This document shows, piece after piece, positions 45,408 through 60,907 of a stretch of DNA of 64,000 nt. The position numbers and the translations under genes were made by a program. The stretch covers positions 39,930,001 through 39,994,000 of the forward strand of contig CM097885.1 in assembly GCA_044892525.1 (NCBI GenBank), written 5' to 3'. Under the pieces are notes generated by a model. It saw nothing but the letters and a program-made list of their open reading frames with translations. It was not told the DNA's origin and made no database searches. This stretch comes from Schmidtea polychroa (Eukaryota). Each line of letters opens with the position of its first letter. The stretch's first letter is position 1.

Positions 45408-45812
45408 ATGACAAAAGGTTCGTGAAGATGACATAGCCGAAATTTCGTGAAATATATATTTATATTTTAAGTTTAAATTAGAAGAAAAGTTCAGAAATTT
45501 GATCATCTTCTTTATAACTTTGCTGCATTTTCTACTTATGGATGACTACAACGAATTATCCAAGGTAGATGTGAATTTTAAAATTTTTTGAAAGATGATA
45601 TCATGCTAACAATTTGTATTTATAATTTATTATTAAAATTTTTTTTAAATATAATTATATTTTTTATTAAAATTTATCGAATTTTCTGTTAGAGAAATTA
45701 TTTATCTATTCACACGAATCCCATTAGTAAAAACAGATATTTTTAAATTATACTAAAATACTAAAATGTTTCATTTCAAAAATTAATTAACAAAATTCTG
45801 CTTCCGTTATTA

Positions 45813-45963
<151 letters not shown>

Positions 45964-47520
45964 TACAATTATTTATATCCTACTGAAACATTAATATCCA
46001 TTAGGTAAAACGGAGGACATTATTAATCTATTGTCTCATGTCATTTCTGATGATGATGATAATAATAAAAATTTATTACCTAACGTGTTTTTATAAATTT
46101 AATTGCACTTTTATAAAAAAAATATTAATTTTATTTCTATAATGAATTTTCCATAAAATATCAGTGACACCATGAGAGGAGCGGAGCACATTTACTGTTG
46201 AAATCTCATTTGGATAACGGAATTTCCATTTCACTGTGGAGTAATAAATAATCCAATATTTTCTAAAATGAATGACACAAATTTTTGGTACAGCTTGTTT
46301 GAGGATTTTGTTTAAACTTACTTTATCGCGAAGATTTATTTCCATCTTATGACTAAAAGGTTTCTTTGTATAATATTCAAACTAAATTCTTAAAAGGAAC
46401 TTCTCCTTCATGTGTTTCATAGAAACTTAACATCTTTATAAGTAAGAAGACCTTTCTAAATTATTTAAGAAACTGTAGTTTACAGTTTTTTGTCACAAAT
46501 AAAATTTTGCCATGACCATTAAATATTCATTACTCTTGCATAATGCCCTCTTCCGTATTTTGTGAAGAAATAAATATCATTCTATAGACTGTAATAATCA
46601 ACAAATGAGTTCAACAGCTTCTGTAAATTTCACTTGTCAAACAATTGGTACATATCAAAAATAAAACCAGACCGACATTTTTGCAAGAACTGTCAAACCA
46701 AGAAAACTTTCTTATTCATATTCTTTAATTTTTTAGGTGCAAAAATGAGCATTATGACTTAACTTGTTGTCACATTCATTAACTTCTTATTATTAACTTT
46801 ATCGTTAAAGTTTTAGAAGAAATATTTATTTAAAAAATTTAAAAATTTAATTTGTCCTTTTAAAAATCTTTTTTTTTATTTAAAATACCAAATATGTTTT
46901 AATTACTTCATTTTCAACCATAACTCAAGAAAAAAGAAATTCAATTGAGCGTGTTATCGTTTAGAAAATGACAATTGAAGGAATTTCTTTCATTAATAGA
47001 GACAAAAGCAATTAAATCTGATATTTTCCTAATGCCGATTGAAGATGTATAAATAAAATATAAATTGTAATAGAATCCTTGGTGTTTATCAGATTATTAT
47101 TAATAATTCTGGTAGAGTTAATTAAAAATGTCTTAAAAATTAATCCGGCTTGAAGACAGCTTCGAATTTTATTAAAAATGAAAATAAAAAATCTTCAAAA
47201 AATGTATAATTATTAGTAAATTATATTGATTAATAATAATAATAACAATAATCATAATAATTGTTAGACTTTGGTTTACATAAAATTACTTCATCACTCA
47301 CAAATTTTATTTTCGACACTTAAATTTAAAAAATGCATTTTTATTGATACACAATTTTACTACAAGCAACACAAATTTATAAAAGTTATTAATATTGATC
47401 GTCCTAAGGATTTTATGCAAAATTTTGCGCTCTAACATCGTTAATTGCTGTCTTAAATTTTATAAAAGGGTGTAACAATATTTAAAATGAATTCAAAAAA
47501 CATGTTTAAGAAAGCATTTA

Positions 47521-47790
47521 TTAGACAAGTTGCCTTGTTAAACTAGCATTAGTCTTTATTTTCTTAGGCCTACCACGCTTTTTACTTTCACTAAGCAGGG
47601 TCACGTTGATTAAAGCCAACTTTCCTTTCTCTTTCAGATATAGATAGAAGTGAACGCATCTTTTGATTTTAACAAAACTCAAGCAGGAACGTATAACAGA
47701 TTTTCAACTTTCAAATCCATGATTGACATTCAGTATAATATTTTCTGCATAAAATTTCTTGAACGAGTTGAATCTGTCAAAATTGACATG
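47521..47790 (-). mobile_element. SWIM/AT-hook C-terminal fragment of a MULE-type transposase
   Basis: RSCLSFVKIKRCVH...KKRGRPKK with an upstream in-frame stop. Confidence 0.55.
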
Positions 47791-49289
47791 ATCTTGTTTC
47801 TTTGTTCTCTAACAACTCACTGTCGAAATCAGCTGGCACAAATGTTAAATACTCAATCCTTTCTTCCCACTTAAATTACTTGTTTTCAATATCAATTCAA
47901 TTTAATTAAATTTATAAAATTTAAGGTAGTCATTATCGATGTTAAAGCACTTTCTAAATTTGTGCGATGAAGTAATTTTATGTAAATCAAATAAAATTTG
48001 TCTGCGAATATATTTTTATCGATTGTTAGACTCAATTATATTAAATTCTTTCATAACAATAATGACAAACTATTTAATCATAAAACACAAATAAACTTAA
48101 TTTGTTTTCTAATATTCAAGCAATAGAATAGGTTTTAATAAAATACGCAAACAATTTAAATTATTTAAATTATTTAAATTAGTTTTATTTATAATGAATT
48201 TTAACATTTTTACAATAATAATGATAATAATAATATTAATAATAATAATAATAATAAATCTAAAAATATTCTGATTTCGTATATCATCGTCCCTAATACA
48301 GGTCATTAAAAATGAAATCAAATTGAAAGTAGATAATATAAAAGAAAAAATATAAATTCCATCAAATTAATAAATAATCTTTCAAATGAATTCAGCTGAA
48401 ATATTTCTGAGGCAAACCGACTTCAAAAGTCATTCATGTATAAACTATCCTAAACCCGATGAAATTAGAATTTCCTAATTCAAGTTTCATTTGAAATGAC
48501 GTGAGAAATAAATTATTAAGCGACAGAAAATAAAGAAAAAATATTTTATTCATCGACATTATGTAAATGACAACTTGGAATTCGACATTTTTCATTACAG
48601 TTTATCTCTGGAGCTGTATAGCAATTTTAGAATGACTGGAATTAGATCTTCGGCAGAATCACACCTAATTCAATAAATAGAAAAAAACCACAGAAAATCA
48701 ATAAGCAGAAAATCCGAAAGCATAACTAATGAAATATTTAGCAATAATTTTAAAAAACAAATTTAAATAAATTTTTCTTGAAATCAGATTTTTTGTTGTT
48801 GTTAAATAACTATTTTTTATCAAATGTGTTTTACATCTTATTATTATAAAGAGGATAACTATTAAATAACAGGAAATGTTTGATCACCAAACAAATATAA
48901 GCTAAAATTATTCCATAGGTCAATGTAAAATTATTGATTAATTTGATTTATTAACTTAAATAATATACCAATTGATGAATTAAATAATAATTTTCTCATT
49001 TTGTTTTTCTACCGCATTTTTAAAGATAGTACAAATTTATATAGTCTGTTTGATTTTATTGATTGACTTGGCTCAGATATAAAACAACAGATGTCAGACA
49101 TATAATCAGGTGATGTGATAATCAACTAGTTAATTACAAACTATTTGGATGTTCACTTTATATAGACAAATCATTAGTTATAATAACTAAATAAGTTAAT
49201 AATATAATATTTAATCTTTAATTAATATTAAATAATTTTTTCTAATCATGAATTTTATTCACTTTATTTTGTCATTATTAATTATTATA

Positions 49290-49410
49290 AGAACATATTT
49301 TTTTAATTTCACTGATTTCTTTTCCGTTGTATTTATTAAAAAAGCTTGACTATGAATCAGTAAATATATCGATGTTTTTGATAATTGTACTGATTCATAG
49401 TCAAGCTTTT
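49290..49410 (-). mobile_element. Family B fold-back copy
   Basis: tttcactgatttctt...aagcttgactatgaatcagt...actgattcatagtcaagctt. Confidence 0.7.
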
Positions 49411-52400
49411 CATCATTAATTATATTTCCTTGGGTGAAAAGAAATATTTTTACGCTTATTTTGAAGCTTTATTTAATATGGTTACAATCATTCGCTTTGA
49501 CTTAAATGTACCCTCAGGCTGTTGATGACTCGTTATCACTTAGTAGGTAACTTCGTTATGCTACTTTCACAAAACGACTTGTCCCTAGTGGCAAAAAACT
49601 GAGATAGTCAGTGAGGAGATTAATCTTTTATTTCGATATTGTCATGCATTAATTTAAATATCAACGATATGCATATTTCATCTTTTTTCTCCATTCCGGC
49701 TTATGCTTTTTCTCTTATCATACCTATATTACTAGAAAAACAAAGTATAACAGAAAACAATATATATATATATAGTTTTAATTTTTTTCAAAAAGTAAAA
49801 TTTTTTGCATGAAATATAAACATATCGATACTTGTGATACGTTTGACCAAAGCAATGTTGGTATGAAGAGGATTTCTGTGCTTACCATGGAAAATATTGC
49901 AAATTTGGGAGAATTTCTTTTATTTATTTATGGTGAATTGTTTTTACTGACATTTAATATATCCTTGATAAAATAAAATAACAATTATTTATATGTGTAC
50001 ATTAAATTGAATTTATATTTATTTAAATTTATAACATATTCTAGTGTAATATTTCAACTGTAGAATATATTTAATTATCCCGAGGCATATAAAGATAGTT
50101 ATTAAAATATTTTTAACATTTTTAATGTACAACATAACTTCTTTGTTTAATCAAATCAAATAAAAAATAAAAAAATAATTACTTTGGGTTTATAAGAATT
50201 CGGTAGGATCAAAGTTTTAGCTTCAAATGAATTAAATCTCCCCAAAAAACTACGTTTTATTTCTCAATACTGATGAGAAAAGTTCTGAGCAAGTCATTTG
50301 ACAGACAAAACCTTACAAAGAACCCTTTTAATTTTTTACATGTTTTTTTCTACTATATTGGCAATTATAATTAAATTTCCTCTTTATCCTAGAAACATTA
50401 TGCAGAAATAAAATCATATATTTAAAATGATTACCAAATCTTTTAGAATATAATAAATATAATGTGTCACCTTAACAATACCCATGCAATGTTTTAAGAC
50501 ACCAGTTTTTTCCCTTTTTATTACCACCAAGTAAAAAACGTTTATTGTCAGCAAATCCCTGTCAAAAATAATTGTTAGAAATATACTTTGTTTAATAAAA
50601 TTAGTTGATTTAGTAATAACTTGTTAAAAAATGTCCTGAATAGAAAAAGGTTTTAGAAACACATTCAGTACCTACTTGAATTCTATTAAATTTATTACAT
50701 TTAAAATAGCTACTAATTTTGCACATGTTGCATTTTTTGTCTATAAAATATTTGGGTTTTAAATTATAATTTATACATCGAACCTGTGACATTATGTTAG
50801 GTTCGTAAGTGAGTATACGATTAACATACGCTTTCTTGATCTCACTCCAAAGACCTGAGAAAAGATATAGGTCCTCAGGTACTTTTAAAACGCCGAATTG
50901 ATGATCCTAATTGATCAACAGCACTCCTCAACAATGAAAGGAAAAATACAAGGGATGCCCGAAATTTAACGCGATCGCTTACTACCCAGAAATTGGTAGT
51001 AACGTTTTCTTAGATACCTACCCTCTACTATTTAGGAAAATTACACAAGCAAACAGTTCCCCTAGAAAACTGATGCTTAATTCAATTCAAAATATAACCC
51101 TTGCTAAAACTGTTACAATTGGTCTATCAATTATTTGGTTAGTTAGCAATATCACTATGTGATCGTTAATACCTTTTAATTCAGTTGTAAACTGTCTTGG
51201 AAAATTTTCCTAAATTGCTTCGCTAAATGAATATCTCTTCTCTGTCTGAGCCTTAAATATCAAATATAATTTCCAACTGTTGATAAGTATTCACGATTTC
51301 CTAAATTGTCTAATTCAATAAAATTGCCAGCTGTTGTTAAGTATTCTTGTTTTAAACTGTTACTATTGTCGTCCTTTCTCTGGCAAAAATAATCCCTCTT
51401 ATATTAAATTTTCAAAATTAAAATAAAATAAAAATTACTATTTTTATTTATTGGTATTTTTTATTTATATTAATTTATCCGTATTTACTTGATAATTTTA
51501 GGTATGATCTATTTATAGTAATTATTTTTATACTATTTGTATTATTATTATTGAAACCTCTGTGCAAGCCCCAAACAAGCCAAGACTCAACCCTAACAAT
51601 TATGTAAACATAAATAATAGCTAAACATGGAAAGAAAAACTTAAACAGCAGATGTATCACCAGTGTATCATAGATGTCAGTATTCATCAACCAAATACAC
51701 TTTAATTTTGAATATTGTATTTTTTTTACAAATATTTTAAATATTTTTTCAAGCGTGTTTGCAACAGAAAACATCCCACAAACCCATTCAACAACACTGA
51801 TATTCATTAAAATACACAGATAATATTATCTGTTAAAAATAAACTGGAAAAAAATTAAAGATTGAAATTTAATCTCAGAAATTCATTCTTGTCGATTTTG
51901 GTTCTCTCACATCCGACATTATTTCACAAAAATACAACTATAACTCATTAATAACCAGTTAAAGTTCAATGAATAACTATTAATTTTTTATTATTGTTAA
52001 TATTATTATAAGGGTATACCACTCGGTAGGATAGAAAAAATATAGACATCATATTTTAATGAAAATATTTTATTAATTTTTCTTTTAAAAATATATTTAT
52101 AAAATATTTAAATTTAAATTACAAATTATTTTCTAATTTTTATTAAATATATTTAAAGATTTTAATTATAATTATAGTTTTTTAATATAATTTTTAATTT
52201 TAACAATTTATAAACTTTTTAAAAATTGAAATTAAAAAATTATTTAAAATATTATATATTTAAAACAACAACAATCCACATACCCACAATTTACAAACCA
52301 AACAATTTAGAAACATTCAATACAAATCTTTACAGCATTTTGCACATTAACTTCCGGATTCTATGATCTTATCAACAAAACTTCATTGTTATATTTATTA

Positions 52401-54009
52401 AAAGTTTTTAAAATCATTTCTTAAAACATGTTTTATTTTATCATATAACCTTTATTGTGATCACTAGCATTTGTTATCTCCTTCAGTGACAATGTCACGA
52501 GATCGAATAACAAGATTGTGGGAAGTCTCGCCGATGTATGGCGCATTACACTTATTGCATTTAAATTGATAAATGAGATAATAAATATATTACGTACTTT
52601 ATATGAATTAGATTCGATTTTATAATTTAAATTGCCCGACTGCTTGCTTATCTTTCTCTTATAATCTCTAAAACTGTCCGAGTCGATATCAACAGTATAA
52701 CTACTCTCACATTTAAATTTATATGCCTGACTACCCAACTCACTCACACAAATCAAACTATATCCAGGTATTCTCAAACGTGGACCCTTAATATTTTTAA
52801 TAAGAATATCAACAGTCTCTTTTATCATCATTAATGAAAATAATTTTCAATACTCATTCTTTATCAATCACTCACCCAATTTATCAACACTTTTTACTGA
52901 ATTTTCAAAAATAGAAGACGATAGGCCATGAACAATAAATCCATACCCTCAGTATATTTCTCTTACACTTAAACTCACAAAAAGTTTGTTATTTAAAAAT
53001 TTATAAAATCTATTTTTTCAACAAAAAATTAAGAAAATATTTTAATAACATCTATAATATTTATACCGCCGATGAAATGATTGAGTTGTATAATATTTCT
53101 AAATGATAATAATTTTACTCAAATTAATATGTTCACTAGTTCGTGTATTTATTTCAGACTTGGAGAATATTATTCAATTTTCCATGACTAATGTGGATGA
53201 AATCAATGATGTATTGGAAGAAAGAGTTTGTTCTAGTATGTGTGACATTTGTGATGTAAATATTGAAGAATATCATTTGTAAATACAAATAAATTATTCT
53301 ATAAATTAACCGGGTTTCCTAAATCTTTCATAAATCGCTAAAGATTGATACTTTACTTTTTCAATTGTCTTAATGTGCCCGCTTTTGAAGATAATTAATA
53401 CTATTTCATCAACTACATTTCTCAACCCATAATAGAACCTTGTTAGTAGTACTCCTGGTAGCAGAACCTATCGAGTGATCATTTCGTCTGTAATAACCCT
53501 TGTTCTCACAATCGAACATTTGCGATAAAACCTATCGATAGATTGACTTTAATAATACTCAAGGGCCCAGCAAGATAACGAGCTGACACTAGATATTACC
53601 AATTTTAAAATTTCTCCAGGTCCTAAATGATCATGTTTTTACTTATTAATATAACTATGAATTTGTTAAATGTTTTCCAAAATGAACATACATTTCTGAA
53701 AAAATTGAATAAATTGCCTATGATTTTTTAAATGTTGTAATGATATTAAATTTTACTAAATTACCTAAGAATTTATCAAAAATGATTTTAAATGACCATG
53801 TATTTAGTGAGTGATATACATATATACATTTATAGATGCACCAAAATGTCAAAGCAAATTGTAAAAGATATTTAAAATCTATGATATATATAAAAAATAG
53901 AATTTTTTTTGCGTTTATTTAAAAAATAGAATCCAAATTTCAACAATATAAAAAATAGAATTTTAAACCAAACAATTGATATATAAGAAATGAGACCAAA
54001 TTTTTAATG

Positions 54010-54250
54010 CTCTGTAAATGATCTAAATCGTGAAATTCTTGGTCTTCCTCTTGATCTCCTCATTTCAGGTGGTAAAAGTTCATCTTGAACCAGATTTAAA
54101 GTAGTTAAAGTCATTATATAATTAGCATATGAAATATTATAATGTCTACCAGTAAAATATTGCTCAATAAATAATTTGGGCTCAAGCCTTAAAAATAAGA
54201 TTACCGCCCAAAGATGTCTACAGGGATATCCGAACTCAAAGGATTGATTT
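54010..54250 (-). mobile_element. MULE transposase SWIM and C-terminal fragment
   Basis: FEFGYPCRHLWAV...LLPPEMRRSRGRPRISRFRS. Confidence 0.6.
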
Positions 54251-54328
54251 TATTAACTATATAACCTATGAGTTTAGTTGTTCAAATATACATATTTTAC
54301 CAAGAATCTATGAATTTTTAAATATACT

Positions 54329-54462
54329 TATTAAAAAAGCTTGACTGTGAATCAGTAAATATATCGATTTTTTTGATATATTTACTGATTCATAGTCAAG
54401 CTTTCTTAATAAATACAATGGACAAATAAATCAGTGTTGAAATTTGAAAAAATGTCCTTATA
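54329..54462 (+). mobile_element. Family B fold-back copy
   Basis: aagcttgactgtgaatcagtaaatatatc...gatatttactgattcatagtcaagctt plus tail. Confidence 0.75.
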
Positions 54463-54490
54463 ATATTTTAAATATACCTCAATATTCAGG

Positions 54491-54693
54491 TACTTTTGTC
54501 GTATTTCCCCACAGTTAAATAATTAGTTTAAAATATAGGCATTCACATATAGTCTGAGTTTGTCCACCTAGGGGTACAGGTCACATGGGGACTGGTCGTA
54601 CTCAATATATTTTATTTATTTAGAGATGTTGTTTTTTTAATTATTTTATTTATTTAACTAATTAGTTAACTGTGGGGAAATACAACAAAAGTA
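54491..54693. mobile_element. MITE-like element with ~45-bp TIRs
   Basis: tacttttgtcgtatttccccacagttaaataattagtt / aactaattagttaactgtggggaaatacaacaaaagta. Confidence 0.6.
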
Positions 54694-55408
54694 TCGATAT
54701 TTATATAAAGAAATTGTTGATAATTTTGTTAAATTATAAATATCCATTCTTTTCTAACACATACTTGTCAATTTTACTTGTTAAATATTACCTGAAATTG
54801 CAATGTTTTCCCCAATTATATTCAAAAAATTTATTAGATTGATTTTTCAGCATATTACATCAAAATATTTTTCTAACAAAGATGTAAAAAATTACCCAAG
54901 AATGATTATTACCCAAGCTTAGCTTGACTTATATGCTTTTAATAATTAGTCATAATTTTACTTAAAATGAATATAAATTTGTTGAATTTTGCTCAAATGG
55001 CCATGTTTTATTAAATATCCTAAGAATTACTAAATGAAACCCAAAATGACTAAGGTATTTTTAACCAATATCTACAAATTGACTAAGAATTTACTAAATG
55101 TTATCGACTAAGCATATACTTCTCACAAATGTAAATAAAATCTGTATGGTTTTGTTACATGTTTTCTCAAACAACAATATAATTCAACAAAAATGTATAA
55201 ATTACCTGAAATTGTTAAAAGTTTATGTAAAAATTATAGTTAATATTTATATAGATAATTATGAAATCAATTACCTCGACTGACCATTTGAAGGAGTTCT
55301 CATATAAAGATTGAGATTTGAAGGAAACCTGCTTCATACATTGGAAAGTCAGCATCATGCGAGACCAGTTCATGATTATTTCGAAAAGAGAACAAAGCAC
55401 CAATTTAA

Positions 55409-55503
<95 letters not shown>

Positions 55504-56970
55504 GACATATTCTATGTTAAAAAGTACTTAGAAAATTTTAGAAAGCGGAGGTCTTTTTTTCGATTTCTAAAAAAAATCAAAAGATTTCATGGGGGTCTCT
55601 TAAAAAAATATTTTCAAAAATATTGATTTTGAAAAAAAGTCAAAACAAAAAATAAGGCAATTCTGATCATAAAAATATTTTTTTTTATCGGACAAGAAAG
55701 ATTTTTTAATCACTCAATATTTTTGTTATATCTTTACATAGACTTATAACAAAATGTCCACTCATGACACAGAGAATCTCTCGGAGAGTCATACTTTTAT
55801 TCACTTTTATATTATTCATACTTTTTATTTATAAGAACTTCATTTATAAATTAATATTTCATAATTTTAGATTGAAAATCTTTCGAAATGGAATATTCAG
55901 CGACATTGTTGTTGACTCTAATACTAATATCGTCAATAATATGCGGAATTTTGATTGTGATTTGTTCGATACTAGTATTTAAATACTGGTACAAATATCG
56001 CAGAGTACGTGTTTCTGTTCGGTAGGTGATTTAAAAATTTTATATACTATAATATTACTAAAGGTTTTCTCAAAGTTAACCACACAATAGTTTATATTTA
56101 CTTTAAAATATTTACTTTTAAAATACAATCCAAAACGTTGTCCATATTAAATAATATCATACCATGCATTTTTGTAGCACTACTTTGAAGCGCAGTAAGT
56201 AAAAGTCTAAATGACAAAAATTAAGACTCAATAATATAAAAAACTAACCACTAATAAATTTGTGCGTTTCATTAACAAAACGACGATAAATGAGGTCCTT
56301 TGATAATAAGTAAGAGTCCTCAATATAGAAAATTTTAATGACTGAAAAATCCATACATGCATGCACTGTACACAAAATTTCTATAATAAAAACACACAAT
56401 TGGACAATAATTACGGTCCCATGACAATAAGTGAGAACCCCATTTTAAATATAAGAATGAATTATAAATATTTTTGAAAAAAACATTTTATGTTTCTAGG
56501 TCACTATTTAATATATTTTCGTTAATATGTCATTTAATATGTTTTTGGGTAGAACTTGTGTCAAAAATTGCAGACTTCTTCTAATAAAAATATTTGCATA
56601 AAATTAAAAAAAAATATAAAACACATTTAGAAAATCATCAAAGTAGAATTTCTTAATTTCTTGAATAAATAAAGTAATGTGTTTATGTGTTAGTTCAGTG
56701 TCTGCCAAATTGTGTGCCGCAACACAGTAGTGTGCCGTGAAATATTTGGGATAATTTTAATCTACAATTGAAAAAATTATCCAGCAAGCATAAAGATAGA
56801 AAAACTACCATGTATAAGACAAAGTACGTGTGAACGTTTTTGTATTTGAGGGTGAATATAGAAATTGTTGTTTGCGAGATTCTAGTTTCTATATATGTGC
56901 ATTATATCTCAATAAAATAATAATAATTTTTTTTTATTTTTATTTATTTATTTATTATTATTATTATTAC

Positions 56971-57054
<84 letters not shown>

Positions 57055-57061
57055 ATTATTA

Positions 57062-57102
<41 letters not shown>

Positions 57103-57324
57103 ATTATTATTATTATTATTATTAAGATTTACAAATTTTTTATTTGTTTTCACATCATAAAAATGATAATAAATTAAGACTTTAAAAGATATATTAAATC
57201 ACAGATCAATTCGATAACAATATGTCATCTATATCATTGTCATCATCATTGAAATCTGGACTTAGACATCCGAATAGTGGACCAATTTCTGAAAATACTT
57301 GATCAACATCTAAGGCATCTATTC

Positions 57325-57945
57325 CTAAATAGTGCCCAAATGCGAGACTGGAATTTTCCCCACCCATAATAGCTTATCGTCGTTGTTTGACAATGCAATC
57401 TTGGTATTTTTAAACGTAAGAAGCTGGTGGTTGCGTGTCCCTATTCTAGTTTGTGGCACAGAAAATACTATATTGTGATGTAGCAGTCTAAATATGACTG
57501 GTGCCCAATTTCAGTCCCTATCAATTTGACTCCCTTTGCTTTTAAATTATCTTTAGCCCCTAACAAACTATAACACTTGGGTCTTAAGAAAACCCACTCC
57601 TTATATCCGAGACCTTTACCTTCATATTTAAACTTCCCTATTGCAGAATCAAGGTTTATCGAGTATAAGGGATATGCTGGGTCATAGTTGGAAGTGTCTA
57701 AAAGATGGTCACGAGTCATTGCCGGTACAAGAGTGTCAAGCTTACAGTGCTTTATCTCTTTACCGACTACGATATTTATATCATAATTAAACTCTAAACG
57801 ATATTTAGATAATTCTATATACTGTAACTGGTACATCCGTAGTTTAGACAAATCTAACACTGTTTGGCCAATATAACTAGGCCTATCTAAACATATAGAA
57901 TCTTTATCCAGATGAGCCGCAATCAGATCATCATCAATTTAGATT
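57325..57945 (-). pseudogene. Polinton/Maverick protein-primed DNA polymerase B C-terminal fragment
   Basis: LDRPSYIGQTVLDLSKLRMY...GKFKYE...LRPKCYS...KAKGVK and, after a frameshift, KIALSNNDDK...LAFGHY; the DTDS motif region is missing. Confidence 0.8.
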
Positions 57946-59124
57946 GATTTTCACAATACTTTGATGTATAATCTACTCATGTACTAAATTTTCGTCCTAA
58001 ACAGATTTAACTAAAAATTTGAAACTTTTATTTTCTGCGGCTTACAAATCTCTGATTTTTTGAATGTTTAAAAAACAGTACATTAAAATACCAAATTATA
58101 TCAATTTCTACCTAAATGGGAGATGTTGCTAAAGCTTCACTCTTCTTTTATGAACCTTCTTTTATGAAGTGGATCCTAGTTTCAGAAAATTTTAAAAATA
58201 ACTAAAAAACAGAAAGTAAATATTAAATGTCATTTTGATTTGATTGCAGATTTTTGGAAGCAAAAAGAGGACAGAATTGAAGATTGAATATTATATTTCT
58301 GTTTTCTTCATAATAAATCCCAACAGTTTTAAATAATAATTTTAAATGATAAAAATATAGAATTAAGGGAATTAAAATTACAACTGTTATCAATTAATCT
58401 CCTCTAGAAATATATTATGAAAATTAATTGCAGGGGAAAAATCCGAATGAAATTCCATTATATCGAAATATTCAACAACAATTGATGCTAATAATAAATT
58501 TACCTTTTACCTCATAATTTGAGTAGGAGGGGTGCTATGTTATGAGATGTATGAGGTAAAAATAGGCAAATATGTATAAGCAAACAAGTTGTCCTGAATA
58601 AAATAAATGGAGTATTTCATTTCTTCCCATTGTAAAATGAATTTCAGAATATTTTAATTTAAATGATTAATAAATGCAATTATTTGTTTAGTAATATTTT
58701 TTGTTATCTTTTACAAATGTGAATTTTCAATTGGATTTCTGGGATAATTAATTTATTGAAATCTACAGTTTTATTCTAATGGATGGTTAATTCGTTTTTT
58801 TTGTTTTATTAACAATTGGTAAATCATAATTTAAAAGAAATTATTTAAGATAAATATTTGTTTTGATAATAATTTTAGAATTATATTTTAAAATTAATAA
58901 TATTTATATTACAATTTATAATTGCAAATTGAGATCACACTTTAAATTAGATGAAATGAATTATTTTGTTTAATTAAGTAGGATTTTTTAAATTTTTTAA
59001 ATTTCTTCATGCGTTTGCTTTATGCTATTAATTAGCTTGCAGAGGAAAACCTGTAATTTCTAGGATTTCAGGTTTTATTATACTGATTCCAAGGATGTCA
59101 TTGAATAGGAACTTGAATAAGTAT

Positions 59125-59262
59125 ATGATAATTGATAAGGATTATTAATATAGCTGAAAATTCTTTCATTTTATTCAATATAAACTTTGCAGCAGAAGGC
59201 TTATTTTATCATTTACTTGTTTAACATTTAATAAATGCGGCTTCCGAAAATCATCACTTAAT
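59125..59262 (+). mobile_element. Family C element, degenerate copy
   Basis: TTGATAAggattattaatatagctGAAAatTCtttcatt...tttgcagcagaaggctta...aatcatcactt. Confidence 0.6.
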
Positions 59263-59353
59263 AATAATAATGAAAATCATTTGTAAAAGGCAGTGACAAA
59301 AATTTGTGAATATAAAAATCATCGATATCTTTACTGATTCATAGTCAAGTTTT

Positions 59354-60907
59354 GGTACTAGGAAAAAATGTCGCAGACAACATGTTAGGTGGAAAAAATG
59401 TCGTTGTCAAAAGGTCGTGGTCAAAATCTAACATAACATTATTATACTTGATTGTTTTAAACAAAAAATTATTCTTAAATATTACGTTAATAAAAAATAT
59501 TACAACATTACACGAGCTTATATTAAGTACACGCAGAATATAACCCAGATATGTAACCGGATCTCGATTAGCGTAGTCCGAGACAATAGTTAGTAGTGTC
59601 TCGTTGATGCGGATGTACATTTTCTTCTTCTTTCCTGCTGGAACACCTAATTTCAATTGCCGACGGAGGAGTTTGGTGCTGTGTTGTTTCTGTTGAAGTT
59701 TGTGAGCCAATTTTGTTGATGTTGAGTGAACAAAGCCAACAACATTGTTGAAAGCATTGTGCTATCCTTCTATATTGTTGTTGCTGCGTGGCAAGTTGTG
59801 AGTGACTCTTAAATATCGGTTCCACAGTTCTAATGGGAATTTTGGTTGTCCTCTGATTCCCGTCCTTTCTCTTCCGATGAAGTTATCCTCCATATAGTCG
59901 CATATGGTATTGAGGTCGGAGTATGTGAGATCTGCTTGAATAACTTCTGGGACTGGAACAAATTCTAGGGCAAGAAGACTTTTGACACGAAGTGCAAAAA
60001 AGCTGGTTCATCTCGGTATTTTGCAGATAAACCCTCGGACTGTAACTTTCTCCAGATACACTAACCAAAATGAAACATGCAAACATTACAGTTGCTGCTT
60101 GAAATGTGTGCTGAAAAGCTCGAATTGCAGCCAGCTCAAGCGAGACTGGATTGAGATCGGGTTTCAATGTCAGGATTTCTTGTAGGAAATGTTGATAAAT
60201 ATATTCAGTTTTCGCATATAACAAAGCTTAAACTGCTGGAAAAACATCACCGTTGATGAAACGATGAAATGGTATAGAGCTGATTAAATCCAGGTGGAGT
60301 CACTCTGAATGTTCCATCGGCAAACCAATGATCACATCTGGAGAGAATATTGAGATCATCATCCACCGCAAAGATGATCATTTCGTCTGTTTCAATTCGA
60401 AGAAAAGGTTAACCATTTTGCGTCTGAGAATACTCTGCTATATCCTGAAGATCATTTGGACCACCCATATAATGATGACGCCTAACATCTCGTGACAGTG
60501 TCGCTTTGCCACGAAGAAGAGGAGATGCGGTATCTGGAATGTTGAGCATCTTATGATGCACAATCGACCGTGTTGCTTTCTCAGTTATTTCAGCTCTTCG
60601 TTTCATATTTATGTATGTTGCTTCAACAGTAACTCGACCATGAATTACAGTATGGGTGTGAACACCAATACCAAGGAGCATATAATCGCCTCTGGTATGA
60701 ACACGTGCCTTACATATTCTTATCTCGCATTCCCAGTATTCCTTGCCATCAGTGTCTTCAGAGTTCTTTGTAAACAAATAAAAAAACACTGTTTGCTTTC
60801 TAATTCCCTTCTGGGAAGTTACAAATCTATAAATATTTCTAAACAGGGTTAATTTATCAGCTCATTTTATCCGCAACATTTATACCATGACATTTTGTCC
60901 GGTCACC
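59354..60907 (-). mobile_element. MULE element with FLYWCH and decayed transposase, inserted into a family B element
   Basis: 8-bp TSD CAAGTTTT (59346-59353 / 60908-60915); GGT.. imperfect TIRs with AAAATGTC repeats; minus-strand YWECEIRICKARVHT...HTH (FLYWCH) and WFADGTFRVTPPGFNQLYTI. Confidence 0.85.

Noticed and set aside
45415..45455. Hammerhead-like gtgaagatgacatagccgaaatttcgtgaa
   Set aside because: Core and stems are too degenerate, and it is a single copy.
46091..46760. Decayed minus-strand coding-like region
   Set aside because: Multiple stops and no family recognised.
50795..51440. Possible solo LTR
   Set aside because: TG start and internal repeats seen, but no clear CA end or TSD.
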